Assembly: GCA_000165425.1 (NCBI GenBank) | Contig: CT868668.1 | Location: 1 to 64,000 of the forward strand | Source: Paramecium tetraurelia | Taxonomy: Eukaryota | DNA: 64,000 nucleotides | Direction of reading: 5' to 3' | Part shown: positions 40,648-53,733 of the stretch, piece by piece | Numbering within the stretch: the stretch's first letter is position 1 | How the letters are laid out: each line of letters begins with the position of its first letter | The notes under the pieces: generated by a model | Seen by the model: only the letters and a program-made list of their open reading frames with translations | The model's database searches: none | What the model was told of the DNA's origin: nothing | Program-made: the position numbers and the translations under genes

Positions 40648-41584
40648 ATGGCTGATTTTTTAAGAGATTTCTTAATAGGTGGTTTTTCAGCTGCTGTTTT
40701 ATAGACTGTTTTTAGTCCATTTTATATGATCAAATTGTATACCTCAAATGATTAGAAATACAAAGGTATTTTTGATCACATCATCTCATTTCATAGAAAT
40801 TAGGTACAATATATATTTTGTATAGTTAAAGGGCTTTGCTATGTGGAGAGGTAATATCATCAGAATTTTCCCTGCCCAAGGTCTGAACTTTGCTTTCAAA
40901 GATGAATATAGGAAGTTGTTCTGCCATTTTGGTATAGAGTGTTCATTAACCAGACCCAAAGAAAGAGAAATTCCTCTTCTTCTTAGGAAATATTGCTTCA
41001 GGGAGTGCAGCTGGTGCTACATCATTGATCATATTTCATCCACTCGATCTTGGAAGAACAAGATTGTCTGCAGATATTGAAAAGAATAATGCCAGGCAAT
41101 TCATTGATTTAACAGATTGTTTGAGCAAAGTTTATAAGTCTGAAGGTTTCATCGGATTATACAGATATTTTGGAGTCTCAGTTATGCAAGTGAGTTTATA
41201 TAGAGGTCTCTATTTTGGTGCTTATGATACAGCAAAAGAAACTATATTCTAACAGTGGTTGATGGGTAACATTTTTGTAAAATGCTTTGTTGCTTTTTAC
41301 ATCCATCAAATATCTGATTTCATCTTAAGGCCACTTGATACAATTAGATAAAGAATGATGATGTAATTTAGTAATTTTTAGTAAATATTCTTTAATTAGA
41401 GAGAGCTGATACTCTCTATAAAAATACCCTGGATTGTGCAGTCAAGATTGCTAAAAAAGAAGGAACATAAGCATTTTTTTAGGGAAAAAATTACTCGAGA
41501 GGATTTTAATCATTCGCTTTAGTTCTGTATGATGAAAGCAAATAAATTATTGCTTATGGTTCTAAATCTGCATTGGATTAATGA
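40648..41584 (+). CDS. Divergent ADP/ATP carrier (SLC25 ANT/AAC-like)
   Basis: MADFLRDFLIGG, WRGN..IRIFPAQGLNFAFKD, HPLDLGRTRLSAD, YRGLYFGAYDTAK, PLDTIRQRMMMQ; 3 tiny introns keep the frame. Confidence 0.85.
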
Positions 41585-41740
41585 CAAAATATCATTTTTC
41601 ATTAAAACAATATTTTTAATAAATCTTTTGGATATATTTAATAATTTAACTCGCATACTTAAAATTCACATTAAATTACCGTGTCCATTATTTCGATTTC
41701 ATTTCTCTTTTTATAAATTCTTGAATAAAGAATCTAGCTT

Positions 41741-42499
41741 ATGAAAATTAAAGTTAGATATCTGGGAATGATTGATTAAGATGATTGCAGTCATGTTTTA
41801 CAAGTCTTTAAGTATAATATGAATAGATGAGAGTGATATATAAGGTGAAGTAAATTCTGTATTCTTGAGATAAATATCTATGTTGTATAATGCTAAAATA
41901 AGTATCAATTACCTTTATTCTGAAGGACAAACTAGAGCAGTCTTCAATATACATAACGACAACCTAAATTTATCTCTTATAGAATTAAATGCTAAGTATA
42001 AGTATTTGAATATATCTTAAATTTGATAACAATATTAGAACAAAGTGAAGAAGATTCCAAAATTATTGAGTAACTTCAAAAAAAATATGATATTTTCATA
42101 GCTCTTGCTTATTATCCTGAATTTGGTTAGATTTTGCCTTTTTTTTGATATACATTAATCAATTATATCTACATCTATCATCCATCCATAAAAAATGTAT
42201 AAAATGTATCAAATCAATTATCCTATTGGATATATGCTATATTCCTTAGATGGCATAAAAGTGATTTTAACCATATTATATATTGTTTTTAGTTGTCTTT
42301 ATTATGAATTACTTTAAGGCCAAAATTGTTATTTTCATAATATCGATTCATTTGCACTCTACATACTATATTATGAATAACTTAATCCTAATGATTCTAC
42401 TAATCGATTCAGATAAATAAGAAAATATACAATAAACAATAGTTATAGTACTCTACAATAAATACACGATAAATGTAATTTAAAATAATCATAGTTTTG
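41741..42499 (+). CDS. Hypothetical protein (model unresolved)
   Basis: ATG 41741 MKIKVRYLGMID, coding-like frames separated by GT..AG tiny-intron-like segments; no family recognised. Confidence 0.3.
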
Positions 42500-42546
42500 A
42501 GCATAAATACTTTAGTAAATAATACTTAATTTTATTATTATTTGAG

Positions 42547-43134
42547 ATGAAAAAAATTAAATCTTATGATGAAATTTCTTTTTCTCAATTTTAAGAAGAA
42601 TTTGGGGAAACTTCTTATGAAAATCAACCAATTCTGGTACATTTAGATGATCCATTGCCATCTTAAACAGATAGTTTGGAATTGGTTTTATAGAGTGTTC
42701 CAAAAAAATAAAAAAAAGTCGCTAGAAAAAAAAAATGCGATTTTCAAACAAAGAAAAGGAAAAGGGTGAACAAAAAAAAAAATCTAGGTTTCGAAAAACA
42801 TACTCCATTCACTTTTTAAGAAGATGAAAAAATCCTCAATCTTGTAAAAGAGCATGGTCCAAGATTTTAAATCATTTCTAAGTATTTTTTAGATAGAAGT
42901 TAAAATGCCGTAAAAAATCGGTATTATAAGTTTTTACGCTATAATTGGAACTTAATCTTTGGAGAGTAAGCATTCTTATTAATGTCTAGTCAATAACAGC
43001 ATTCTATTAATTAATTTGAAGAGGAAGGAGCATAATAAGAATTGCTAACAAATTTTTTTGATAACATGAATTTTAATCCGAATTTAACAACAATTGTGTT
43101 TAACCGCCTTACTTCAGTTGACTATCCTTCCTGA
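42547..43134 (+). CDS. Myb-like HTH protein (paralog 3)
   Basis: Basic Lys/Arg stretch, then FTFQEDEKILNLVKEHGPRFQIISKYFLDRSQNAVKNRYYKFLRYNWNLIFG + phase-2 intron. Confidence 0.82.
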
Positions 43135-43623
43135 TGAAATATGAGTTGATATATATGTATTTTTCACGTGTTGAATCAATTTTTTAGGACTGAAATTTAT
43201 TCAATATAAAAATCAAAAGTAAAGAAACGCATTCAGAATAATTTGCAGTATCGTTATATATTATAAAATTTCGAATTATTGATATGGAAACATTTCTTCT
43301 TCAAAATAGAAGTGGTATGAACAATTTCAAAATTTTTGTTTTTTGAATTTAGCACATCTGATCTTACAATAAAGCTCTCATAATATAGTTTAATAATATG
43401 TAAAAATAATATATTTATTTGAATGAAGAATTTCATTGATCTTGTTGTTTTATGTAAGTCATACTAAATTTAATCCAAGATAATGAAACTGTATTAATAT
43501 ACAAATAACATTAATATTAAATATTAATATTTAAATTATTAAAAATAATATATTGCATTTATGAAATAAAAACATTATTCAAAATTTGTGTAACTTAATA
43601 GATAGTGTAAAATTAAATAAAAA

Positions 43624-44834
43624 TCATTACTCTTTTTTAAGCTGAATCCTTAAGTTCGGAGTTCTGGGGGAAACGATAGATGATATGCAAGCAGGCTATC
43701 CATTGAGTTGAGGCAAATGTTCATACCCTAAGAATTATTCTAAGATTTTAAGTCATCTTTACATTAAACTTATTCAGAATGGAGAATAGATTAATCTTCA
43801 AGGGAGTCAAGTTGATTAGACTTTAGATAATTTTCCAATTTTCCATCAGGGATGAAAGGAGAAGTAATCAGTTTCTTTTCATAATTCGCCCATTTGATAT
43901 CTTTGAACCAAGGATGGCTTTTAACTTCCTCTGGCCCATTACACCCCAATCTCAATTAAGGCTTCCTTTACATCAAAGCATTAGCAAAAGCAATGGCTGC
44001 AGTACTCCACCCTTAAGGAACTTCAGCAATAGCAGCCTATTTAGCAATAATTTAATCTCGAATTTCTTGTCTACTCTTTCCATTATATGGGCGTTTGCCA
44101 AGCTAAAATAGAAACAATAGTGTACAATACACTCATGCATAATAATGCCCAAAGCAAAGTAGTCTACAGCAACTCCATGATTTTGTCTGCACATCACTTC
44201 AGGAGCCATGTAACCAGGAGTGCCACTCGTTTCATGACTGTTTTATGGTTTCCATATTCTAGCGATTCCAAAATCAGTAATTCTTAAATAGCCTTGGCTA
44301 TCAAATACTAGGTTTTCAGGCTTGATATCTCTATGTATTATGCCATTTGAATGTATATAATCGAGTCCTATAATTATGCAAATCACTATATGCTGTGTAA
44401 TTGCTTCAGAGAATTTTCGATATTTGCATAAATGAAATCTTAAATCTCCTCCAGCCAAGAAATCCATAGCTAAATACAAGGAACAACGATCTTAAAAGGC
44501 ACTGATAATATTGATTATAAATCTAGTATTATCCAGGTATAATTACTCATGTCTTAGGGTTGATAAAATCTGTAATTCATTCATCACTGAACTCACGCTT
44601 TTTTTCTGTATCACTCTTGTAATATAATTTAGTTATGTACTTAACTTTGGACATGACTTTAAGTGCTACAACTATATTGCGAGTTTTGTTAAGTCTTGCT
44701 TTGTATACTTTTCCAAATCCTCCTTATCCAACAACTGATATTAATTCAAAATTCTGTAATGTCATTTCTACATATATTCTTTTCTTACATGAATCATCAT
44801 TCGAACCCCTAAATTTAAACTCGCAGCCTCCCAT
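43624..44834 (-). CDS. AGC-group Ser/Thr kinase
   Basis: MGGC start, [59 protein letters not shown]; tiny introns. Confidence 0.92.
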
Positions 44835-44953
44835 TAAGTAAACCTCAATATTTTATATATTATTATAAATAATAACAATCAAGAATTATATATAATTTAC
44901 AAATCCCTTCCTTTTTTAAATTATCGTAGTATAATCCTATGTATTTATTAATC

Positions 44954-45851
44954 ATGGATTGTATTGTTTCTACCTAGTGATCATTAATTCCTAACTATGA
45001 TTGCACAAAAGTAGTTAATTTAAATTAATTTTAAAGCTATTAATAGGCTAGGTATAAAATTCTTTGCTTAAAGTAACCCAATAAATTTGAATTGGTCTGA
45101 TTATTAATATATTTCAAATTAACTGTTCTAAATAATGTGAAAATGATGTTAATGCTTATAGTAATACAGATGCATGCGTAGGAAAATCAAATTATTTAAG
45201 AAAGCATTGGCACTTGGACTAAAATGATAAATGTAGGCAAACAGAATATTATAATTTTTATAGTAAATGACAATTAATATAATAAAAAAGCTAATAGAAA
45301 ATTGGAAAAATAATGAATATAAATAAAAAGTAGATAGAGTTATGTTTAAAAATGAAAAAAGGAAGAATGAAAGGTCAAGCAAAGACTCAGACTCAGACAT
45401 AGAAAGAGAAAGGGAAATAGATTATGCTTCAGAGAATATCTCCTTATATTAGGCCAATGTGATTTTATTAGAACCAATAATCATTGATAAGAATTATTTA
45501 GAGAAGGATATTGTAGCAGTGTTAGGAAATTTAGTTATTGAATTAACTGACTTCACATTATTCGAATATAATTCTAGACTACCAATTGAATCAAATTGCA
45601 TCGTAAATCAAAGTTATAGTACAAAATTAAGCGAGGAGCTAGGGGAAAGAATAAACAACAAAAATTTTGGAATATTTTTAAAATTTTCTTGCTCCACTAA
45701 AAATCAAAATAAATTAAAGAAATAAATTAAAATTGGGAACGATGTCATAAAATTGTTAAAAGAATTTATTAATCGGCAAACAATTTCGTCCTCTAATAAT
45801 CTAATTGATCAATTCATTCAATAATTAAAAAATATTAAAAGTAGTAAGTGA
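44954..45851 (+). CDS. Hypothetical protein (5' part unresolved)
   Basis: Continuous frame ~45300-45851 ending TGA; 5' exons could not be joined confidently. Confidence 0.4.
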
Positions 45852-45908
45852 AAAAGTTTATTATTTATTTTATTATTGTGATAAATAGAAATTTATAAAA
45901 ATATTTTT

Positions 45909-46709
45909 TCATTTGCCTGGAGGAAAAGGATTAGGTTTTGATTAAGTGTAGTCATCTGCAAAGTAATGATTTACATCTTTGTGATGTTCTTCATCTTTTC
46001 TTATCGCTTTAACGACATCCAGTAGAGTGGCATTTTCATCTAATCCCCAATATTCAATTGAATTTTGATTGGCTTTGCGAGTGGTCCAAGAATGAATTGG
46101 ACTGCCTTCTCTTTCTATTTCATGAATCATATGAGTATAAGTTTTAACTGCTTCTTCTTCTAAGTATCCCACAATCCTATGACAGACTCTAGGCCAGAAA
46201 ATGTATGCCACTCCAAATAGTGCAACATACCAAGCTTAAGCTAAAACCACTCCAGTTCTGAATATTAAGGAGGGTTTTTTGATGTTTAAAAAAGTCAACA
46301 AATGAATTCTCTCATTTTCTGCCTCTTCTAGCAAGGTGTGAATCCATCCTTAATCTCTTTTCATTCCTCTCAATGATCTCAAATGTCTATGCATACCAGC
46401 AACAAATCCTGGGACTCCAGCGACAGTCTCCAAAAATAGAACTCTATTGATCCACTTCTTTTCTGACACCAATTCTGATTAGAATGGTAGAGTCTTTTTA
46501 TATCCACTCATGACATCAAATCCAAGTCTCATTGATTGAATGAAGTAGTAGGCAAAATGGTCTCCAAAGGTAATTGCAGTTTTATGTTCCAAGCTAACTT
46601 TCTCCAATTCTGGTTTATTCCATATGGGATGTGGCATAGTATAGTTTTGGTTTGGTTTAGTTGACAAAGAGAATGATTTTTTAAGTAGCTTACTTAAGTG
46701 TCTATTCAT
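45909..46709 (-). CDS. AOX: Mitochondrial alternative oxidase (266 aa, intronless)
   Basis: Di-iron motifs [36 protein letters not shown]; basic N-terminal transit-like peptide. Confidence 0.97.
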
Positions 46710-47001
46710 TTAATTTTTAATTCAGGTTTAAGAAAAGCTTTTAGTTAAGAATTTTAATTTAATTCGTATTATAAACGATGTAATTAGCATTTAATGATGC
46801 AATTCTCATAAAATTAATTGTTTTTATATTATAATAATGAATAATTTGATAAAAATATGCTAAATATGTTACACCAATTTTAATAAAAATGAATAATTAT
46901 ATAAACCACAAATAATATATTAAAATTTATAATATAAATAGATAGTTTTATTAAATTTATATGTTTTTTTTGTGTTCAATATTGAATAATGTATAATTCA
47001 T

Positions 47002-47925
47002 TCAAATAAGGGCAACCAAGACAATCAATGACATGATTGATAGAATCCAATTGGAAGAGCATTATTGGCAAGTATTTGTCACCCAATGATAGGAACCAAA
47101 AGTAACATCATTACAAGTTTGTTCATTCAAATGAGTAGCGTCAGTTGCAGTTGCACATTTATTATCAGTGCCCCATTTGCATAAGATGGACTTATTGCTG
47201 TCAATCTTTGGTAAAGAGGTACATTAGGCCTAGGTGGTAATGTCTGAACATGATCTATTCACACATAATTATCCATCCTTCTTGCAATATTTTGGATCAC
47301 ACATTTGATTGAATCCGTCAGCATCTCTGCATGTTTTCAATTCAAAGGCATAACACTTGCCATCACTTTTCCATTAACATTTGGCAGTTGCAGTTGCATC
47401 TCCTTTGCATGTTGCTTCAGTCACAAATTTGGAACAATCAACATACACCTTATTTTCACATTAAAATCCAGCAGCTACAGCTAAATGTTTGTAGAATAAT
47501 GTAGTCACACTAACTCCCTTAGCTTAGCATCTCTCTCCATTTTCACCCTTCAAGACAGAGCATCTTTCTGCCTTAGTCACAGTGAAATCTGAACATTGAG
47601 TAAATTCAATGCATTTGTTATCTTTCCAACCACATTCAGCCATATTTGAACAACTTTCTTCATTTGGCATATCTTCACATTCTTTCTTCTCATCAATACA
47701 TTTTCCACCTTTCCATTGACATTCTCCAGTGCATTTGTCTTCTGTTGTGTAATCGCTGCATTCCTTTTCTAAACAAGATGATTCATTCCATTTGCAATCG
47801 TACCACTTATCACACTCTGACTTGATAAATGAGGAACATTCGCATCTCTTTGATTTATAGATAGTTATATCTGCAGCAGCAAACCCAAATAGGGCAATTA
47901 ATAATACCAATTGGATATTTTTCAT
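47002..47925 (-). CDS. Single-module Cys-rich surface protein (mini-antigen-like, 307 aa, 32 Cys)
   Basis: MKNIQLVLLIALFGFAAA signal, RCEC...TCNDVTFGSYHWVTNTCQQC, tail WILSIMSLIVLVALI-TGA; intronless, 924 nt. Confidence 0.92.
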
Positions 47926-48199
47926 TAAATAAAATAGAAGATATTTGTCTTTATCATTACGCATTTAATTGATAAAATTTCATAATAATACGTAAATATA
48001 ATTTAATAGAAACTGCACTTGTTTTAATTATCAAGTCTAAGTATTATCAAAAATTGATTAATATTTTAATTCTCATTTTGTTTAAGCACCCTATCTAATT
48101 GTAGGTTTCTAAGTTTCATCTTACTCACTTTTGTATATTCAAATTAATTCGATGTAACAATCAGTTGTTTCAATTAAATTTATATATTTTTAATATTTT

Positions 48200-49528
48200 A
48201 TGAAGGCTCTCACACCTAAAGTGATCCAAGAAAACTATTGTAATCTATTTACATTATTTTAGATACGAAGTACTCTTAATTGTCTGAAGAATGCAATAAC
48301 AAACCAGAAAAATTGAGAGCTCTTTTAAAATAATTGAATGATGAAGTTGGGATTTACTTATCAAAAAAGAAACCAGTCAAAAGTACTTTTTAAATTCATT
48401 TAGAACAAATTCAGTTCCCTAATAAGGATGTCTTATAAAAAGAATAAATGAATAATGTTGAAATTTTGAAAAGATTAAAATTTTAGATTCATTAACAATA
48501 GAAAAGATTAACCATTTTAGAATAAAAAACCATGAAAATAGATTTAGAAAATAAAATTTCATAATGTGAAGATAATATAAAAACACTTGCCTAATAAATA
48601 GAAACCTAAAAGAAAATCACTCAACGATAAGGAAAGGAAATCACTCAAATTGAAGAACAACAAGGAGTTTCTGCACTCCAAAATGAAATGTAATTATAAT
48701 TAAATTATTTAGCAATAAAGCCGATAAATCGAAAAATCCATATAAGAATATCAATTAAAAAACTATTAATTATATGAATTGATTGATAATGAACAGAAAA
48801 AATTTCAATAGTTTTCAGAATACCAGTCCAAAGTAAGAGACAAGGTCATTTTTAAAGAATAATAAAGTGCTGCCATTTTAGAGTAAGACCCATAAATAGA
48901 ATAACAATATTTAAAAATCTAACTTCAAATATAAAATCAGGAAAGGCATAAGAAAATAATTGATGAGAAATATTAGGCTGATCTTAAACTATTCAAATAG
49001 GATATCAATCATAAATCAAAATAATTGGTGGAACTTGAAAATTGTATTAGTAAAATCCATTTGGAAATAATATAAATTAATGAACAATGCCAAAGATTTA
49101 AAGAATTCTAAATGAAAAGATCCTCATAAATTCGCCAAAGAATTAAAAAATCATAATATTTAAATCAACAATCATATTAAGGTCAGGAAGATGATTAATC
49201 AGAACATAATTTATAAATATTATCTAAAAGTTTCACTAGTCCTTAATAAATTGATAATTCAGTTTAACTTAATCAGGAAACAGACTGTGAATAAAAAAAT
49301 CAAAAAAAATTTTCAACTATATTAGAAGATTTAAATGATGGAAAATAAGACCAAAATCAACCCAATAATGAAAATTCAAACGAAGATACCAACTAATTAA
49401 AGGATGAAACCAAAAATGATGAAACTAAAAATGAGGAAACAAATAATTAGGTTTAGACTCAAGATCAAGAAATCCTTGAAAAATAATAGGAATCTCAAAA
49501 AATAGAATAACAATCATAATCTGGATGA
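48200..49528 (+). CDS. Coiled-coil protein with Q/N/E-rich tail
   Basis: MKALTPKVIQE, heptad-rich E/K/Q frames, 3 tiny introns, TGA 49526-49528. Confidence 0.7.
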
Positions 49529-49651
49529 ATAATATCAATTTTACATCATTATATTACATATTCTTATTTTGGCTCTATATTTCCTATACAATTCCACCTA
49601 TCTTCATTCACTATTTGTATTCACATTAGTTTTATTATTTAAAGATTAACA

Positions 49652-50740
49652 TGCTATCTATTTATTTATTAAAATATTAATCGACATATTTAAAATATAT
49701 ATTATTGAATATATATAAATTAAAATTCATTGCATTCTTACTTAATTTTTACTTTTAGATCACTTCCAAATTATATACATATATTGTTTATTGACGTTTA
49801 TCGAAAACCGTAAAAGAATATATTGAATAAAACAAATTGGACAGCCCTTCTCTTTACGTTAAGATAAAGACAATTTAAACTTCTAGAATGACTTTTAATA
49901 CTTTATTAAATTTTAAGATTTCCAAAAAAAGAAAATTCTTGAAAAATAACTTCAAATTGTCTCCATTCGCAACACTTAACCTTAATTAAGTTATTACTCT
50001 AATATTTTGATCCATGTTTAGCTCATTCTTGCAATTATTAAAACTGATAATTTATTATAAATTTATTGAGTTTCCATTATAATTTATCGATACAAATGTA
50101 ACAATAAGAAACACTTAAAAATTAATTCTTTCCGCATAGAAGATAATTTATTTCAATTAATAACAACAATAAATCTTTATGATTAATTCCAGTGTTTTTT
50201 TTATCGAATTATAATCACAATGTTTATATTACGAAAAATAGCAAACTTTAGAACAACATATCTTCGAAAGAAGTCAATGCATGATTTGAGTTAATTAAAT
50301 AATATTTATAAATGGGTTAAATTTGCAAATCTGTTAAATTAGATTAGTAGCTAAGTTAAATCGAAACAATTCAATGTTCTGTGCCAAATGATGAGGGTGA
50401 TTTTTGCAAGCCCGATAATCTCCATAAATTTAATAAATTCTTAGAACAAAGACATAGGAATTCTAATTCTACCATTGATCCTCTAATCAATGGTAACATA
50501 AGTGATTTTACTATTGATCAAGAGAATTAATAATTTCGAATAGAAGAATAAGTTAAATTAAATGAAAAAAAAGAGTATCGATATCAAATTCCTGAAAATA
50601 GCAAGTCATGTATTAAGAGTAATAATAAAGATTTGAAATCAAATTTAAAAAGTAAAAAAAAAGTATCGTTTAATGACTTCGAATTCTATAATTTTTCGAT
50701 CAATCCAAAATTTAGCTCTTCATCTTAAGAGATGATTTGA
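49652..50740 (+). CDS. Hypothetical low-complexity protein (start uncertain)
   Basis: Open frames 49800-50740 containing KSKKKVSFND and ending EMI-TGA; no family recognised. Confidence 0.35.
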
Positions 50741-51096
50741 TAAAAAAATGATTATATTATGATTTTTTCTTATTATTTATTATCTAGCATTATAAGTATA
50801 AATTTTATTAAGGCTTATTAAATATACTATTGTCTAACTTAATTAAATTATTTCCAGTTATTTACACAAGTTATAATATGTTATATTTATTTACAAATTA
50901 TAAATAACCAAGAATGTATGTATTTTAATTATATCACCGTTTAAATAAGAAGAATGAAGGAATAGCAATTAATTATTAATTTTTTAAACTTCTTTTTTTT
51001 TTTTAATCTCATTATTTCATTCTAAATGGAATTTATTAATATAATCTAAGAGTGAAAAAATACAATTGTATGAATAATATTTAATTAATAATATTC

Positions 51097-53493
51097 TCAT
51101 TTAAGAGCATCCCCTAACTTGGAGCCTCCAGGGATAGACACAAAACTCTATGGGGAAAATTAAAAAAAGCAATTTGGATCAAAATTTTATGGGACTTCTT
51201 GAAAAACATACATCATTTCCACTTGATATTGTTCTTTATTCGAATTCTATTATCCATCTTATAGTTACTATTGAACTTGTCTAACAGGCATAAATTACGG
51301 ATAAAAGTATGGATTACCAATGTAGGGAGAATGTGGCTAAAATGGTACTTGCGCTTAGGATTATTAAATAGCTTAGTCTTATTAAGGGTAATTTTAAATT
51401 TGAATTGGAATCATTTAAGAAAATTAAGGATTATTATCTGGTTTACTTAAATCTTTGTTTTAATTTTTTAACTCTTATTAATTTTAATATTATCCTTCAG
51501 TGAATTGTAGTTACTAATAGCAATCCTTAACGGCAAAGAATTAACTCCCTTAAAGTTATTTCATATAGTATTATTATTATTACTAGATTGGATCAAGCAT
51601 TGGTATTTAATATGGATGAGGGATATAAGAAGGAAGATTTAATTCTTATTATTATTAATTTTGATTTTCTGCCATTTGTTCACCCGATTACTTTTTAATA
51701 TGATGAATTTATCCTTAGGATTTTTGGCTTTAATTATTTTAGGGCTTTGCTTTCTTTGGTTCTTTGTTATTGGTTTTATTTTATTATTAACTTAATTACT
51801 AAAGTGATTTAAGCTCTCTATTTTTAGTTCTGTTTCTTTCTTTTCTATCATGTTCATTACAAAACTATAATCGCTTCTCTTTCTTCTTCTCTCTTGACTT
51901 TTCTTTTTCTTTTTATTATTCCAATTTTTTATATCTCTAAATTTCTTGTTATTTATCTCTCTCTATCTATCTTAGTCTCTCCTTTTCTAGCTCTATTTAA
52001 ATTTCTTTTTCTAATACTATTTCTCTTTATCTTTCCAATTCTTATGATTTTTATTTTTCTAATTCAACCTTCTTTTCTCTTTTAATCTATTTTTGTATTT
52101 GTTTTAACTATTATAATTTTTATCTAGATTTTTTATTATCATTTTCTGATTAATCATCAACTTCTTAATTTTCTTAAAACTATTAATTTATTTCATCTTT
52201 ATTAGGTTTCTCTTATCCATTTTAAACATCTTAAGGTATTTCAATTACTTGAATTTCTTACCAACTCAAAGATCTCTTTTTTGACTTAATCAAACTATTT
52301 GATTGTTTAATCTGCTATTAATCAAATTGATTATGATTATTATCAATAATTTGAATGTAATTCGGATTTTAATTTGTCTATTCTTAATTTTCCACAATAA
52401 TTAATTTTTAGTCAACACTATTTTTAATTCTATTAGTTTGGATCTATGCTTTCTGTTATTTTTCTGGAGATAATCTAACTTCCTATAAATTTTAAGTATT
52501 GATTGGTTAGGTGATCTATTATTAAACTTTTTTATCTTTTTTTTATTATTCATCTTTCTAATTGTTTTATTTTTATTCAATCTGAGGCACATCATCTTTG
52601 TGTGGTTGTTTGAAATTAACTAATTATCTATAGTGTTTCTCTCTTGGTTGAAATTACTTTAGTTCTCTAAACAATCGTTTATTTTATTTGTTTTCTAATT
52701 CTATAAAACAAATTAATTCCTTAAAAACAATTTATTTGGCCTTATTAATCAATGAAGGTTCGTCTTCTACGTTCTCAACTTTTATTTCTTGTTGGTTACG
52801 TAGTTTAACTACAATTTTATCTTTTTAGGTCTTCTATTAACAAAGTTATTCTTTTCCTTCTTAGATTCCACTTTCTAAATTCTCAGTTTTAATTTCATCT
52901 TTCTCTAATTTTACATCTTCTGTATAGTTGAGATTCAATAATAGATCGGTATTTATAAAGACCTTTATTTCGATTTGTTTGTCATCATCCAATTTAAATT
53001 GAATAATTTATGTTTCTTGGGTGATGATTTGATTATTAAGGTTGGAAAGTTTCTCTAATTATTTAATTTGCCTTTTCTTTTTGTTTTTTAAGGCAAACTC
53101 TTTCAGTTTTTCTTGACTCATTTGAAATTTAGTTCTTCTGATTCTTTTGCTCTCTTTAATTATAATGGTTTGGAAAGGATTGTGATTATTATGATAACCT
53201 TTGAGTTGGGTAAGGTTTCTAGTTGGTATTAATTGGAGTATTTCCTAAAATAGTTCTTTGGTTTGGTTTGATAGACATTCTTTCTAATGATTTTAGCAAA
53301 TTTATAAATAAATTTCTTTTTCCTACTATGTCCATGGTCCTCTTTACAGTAAGGTCTTGCCATCAGGTCCGAATTCAAGAGGATAAGCCTTTTTAATGTA
53401 TCTTTTCTTGTCCTTTGCTTATTTAAATCTTTTGAGTTTTCGTTCAGGGCAAATATAGGTTTGCCAGAGCTCCTGAAATTTATTTTTTTCCAT
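51097..53493 (-). CDS. Large low-complexity protein (Q/N-rich, RE/RD-rich segment, Q/P/Y-rich C-terminus)
   Basis: MEKNKFQELWQTYICPER start; charged dipeptide-rich region ~51870-52090; ends LGDALK-TGA. Confidence 0.6.
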
Positions 53494-53733
53494 TGAGATA
53501 TTTAAATTAACAAATTAAATAAAATTATTATGCTACATTTCGAAAGCCTATATTTATTATTCTTCACTTTATCTAATAGAATACATCGAAGAACCATTGG
53601 TTGTTTTGATACTGAATAATAATCTAATCATAAATGGTTCTTCTGTGCAGTTTAAACAAGCGAGAACAATTCCTAAACTAAACTACTTAAATGTATATAT
53701 GAATTTATTTTATATGCTAATATATAATTCCGA

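Noticed and set aside
51870..52090. Pyrimidine-rich tct/ct repeats resembling a microsatellite or array
   Set aside because: Explained as the RE/RD/K-rich coding segment of the minus-strand gene; no regular repeat-spacer structure.
53581..53696. SECIS element or selenoprotein readthrough
   Set aside because: An ATGA is present on the minus strand, but the paired GA quartet is missing and the upstream PP2A gene has no in-frame TGA needing recoding.
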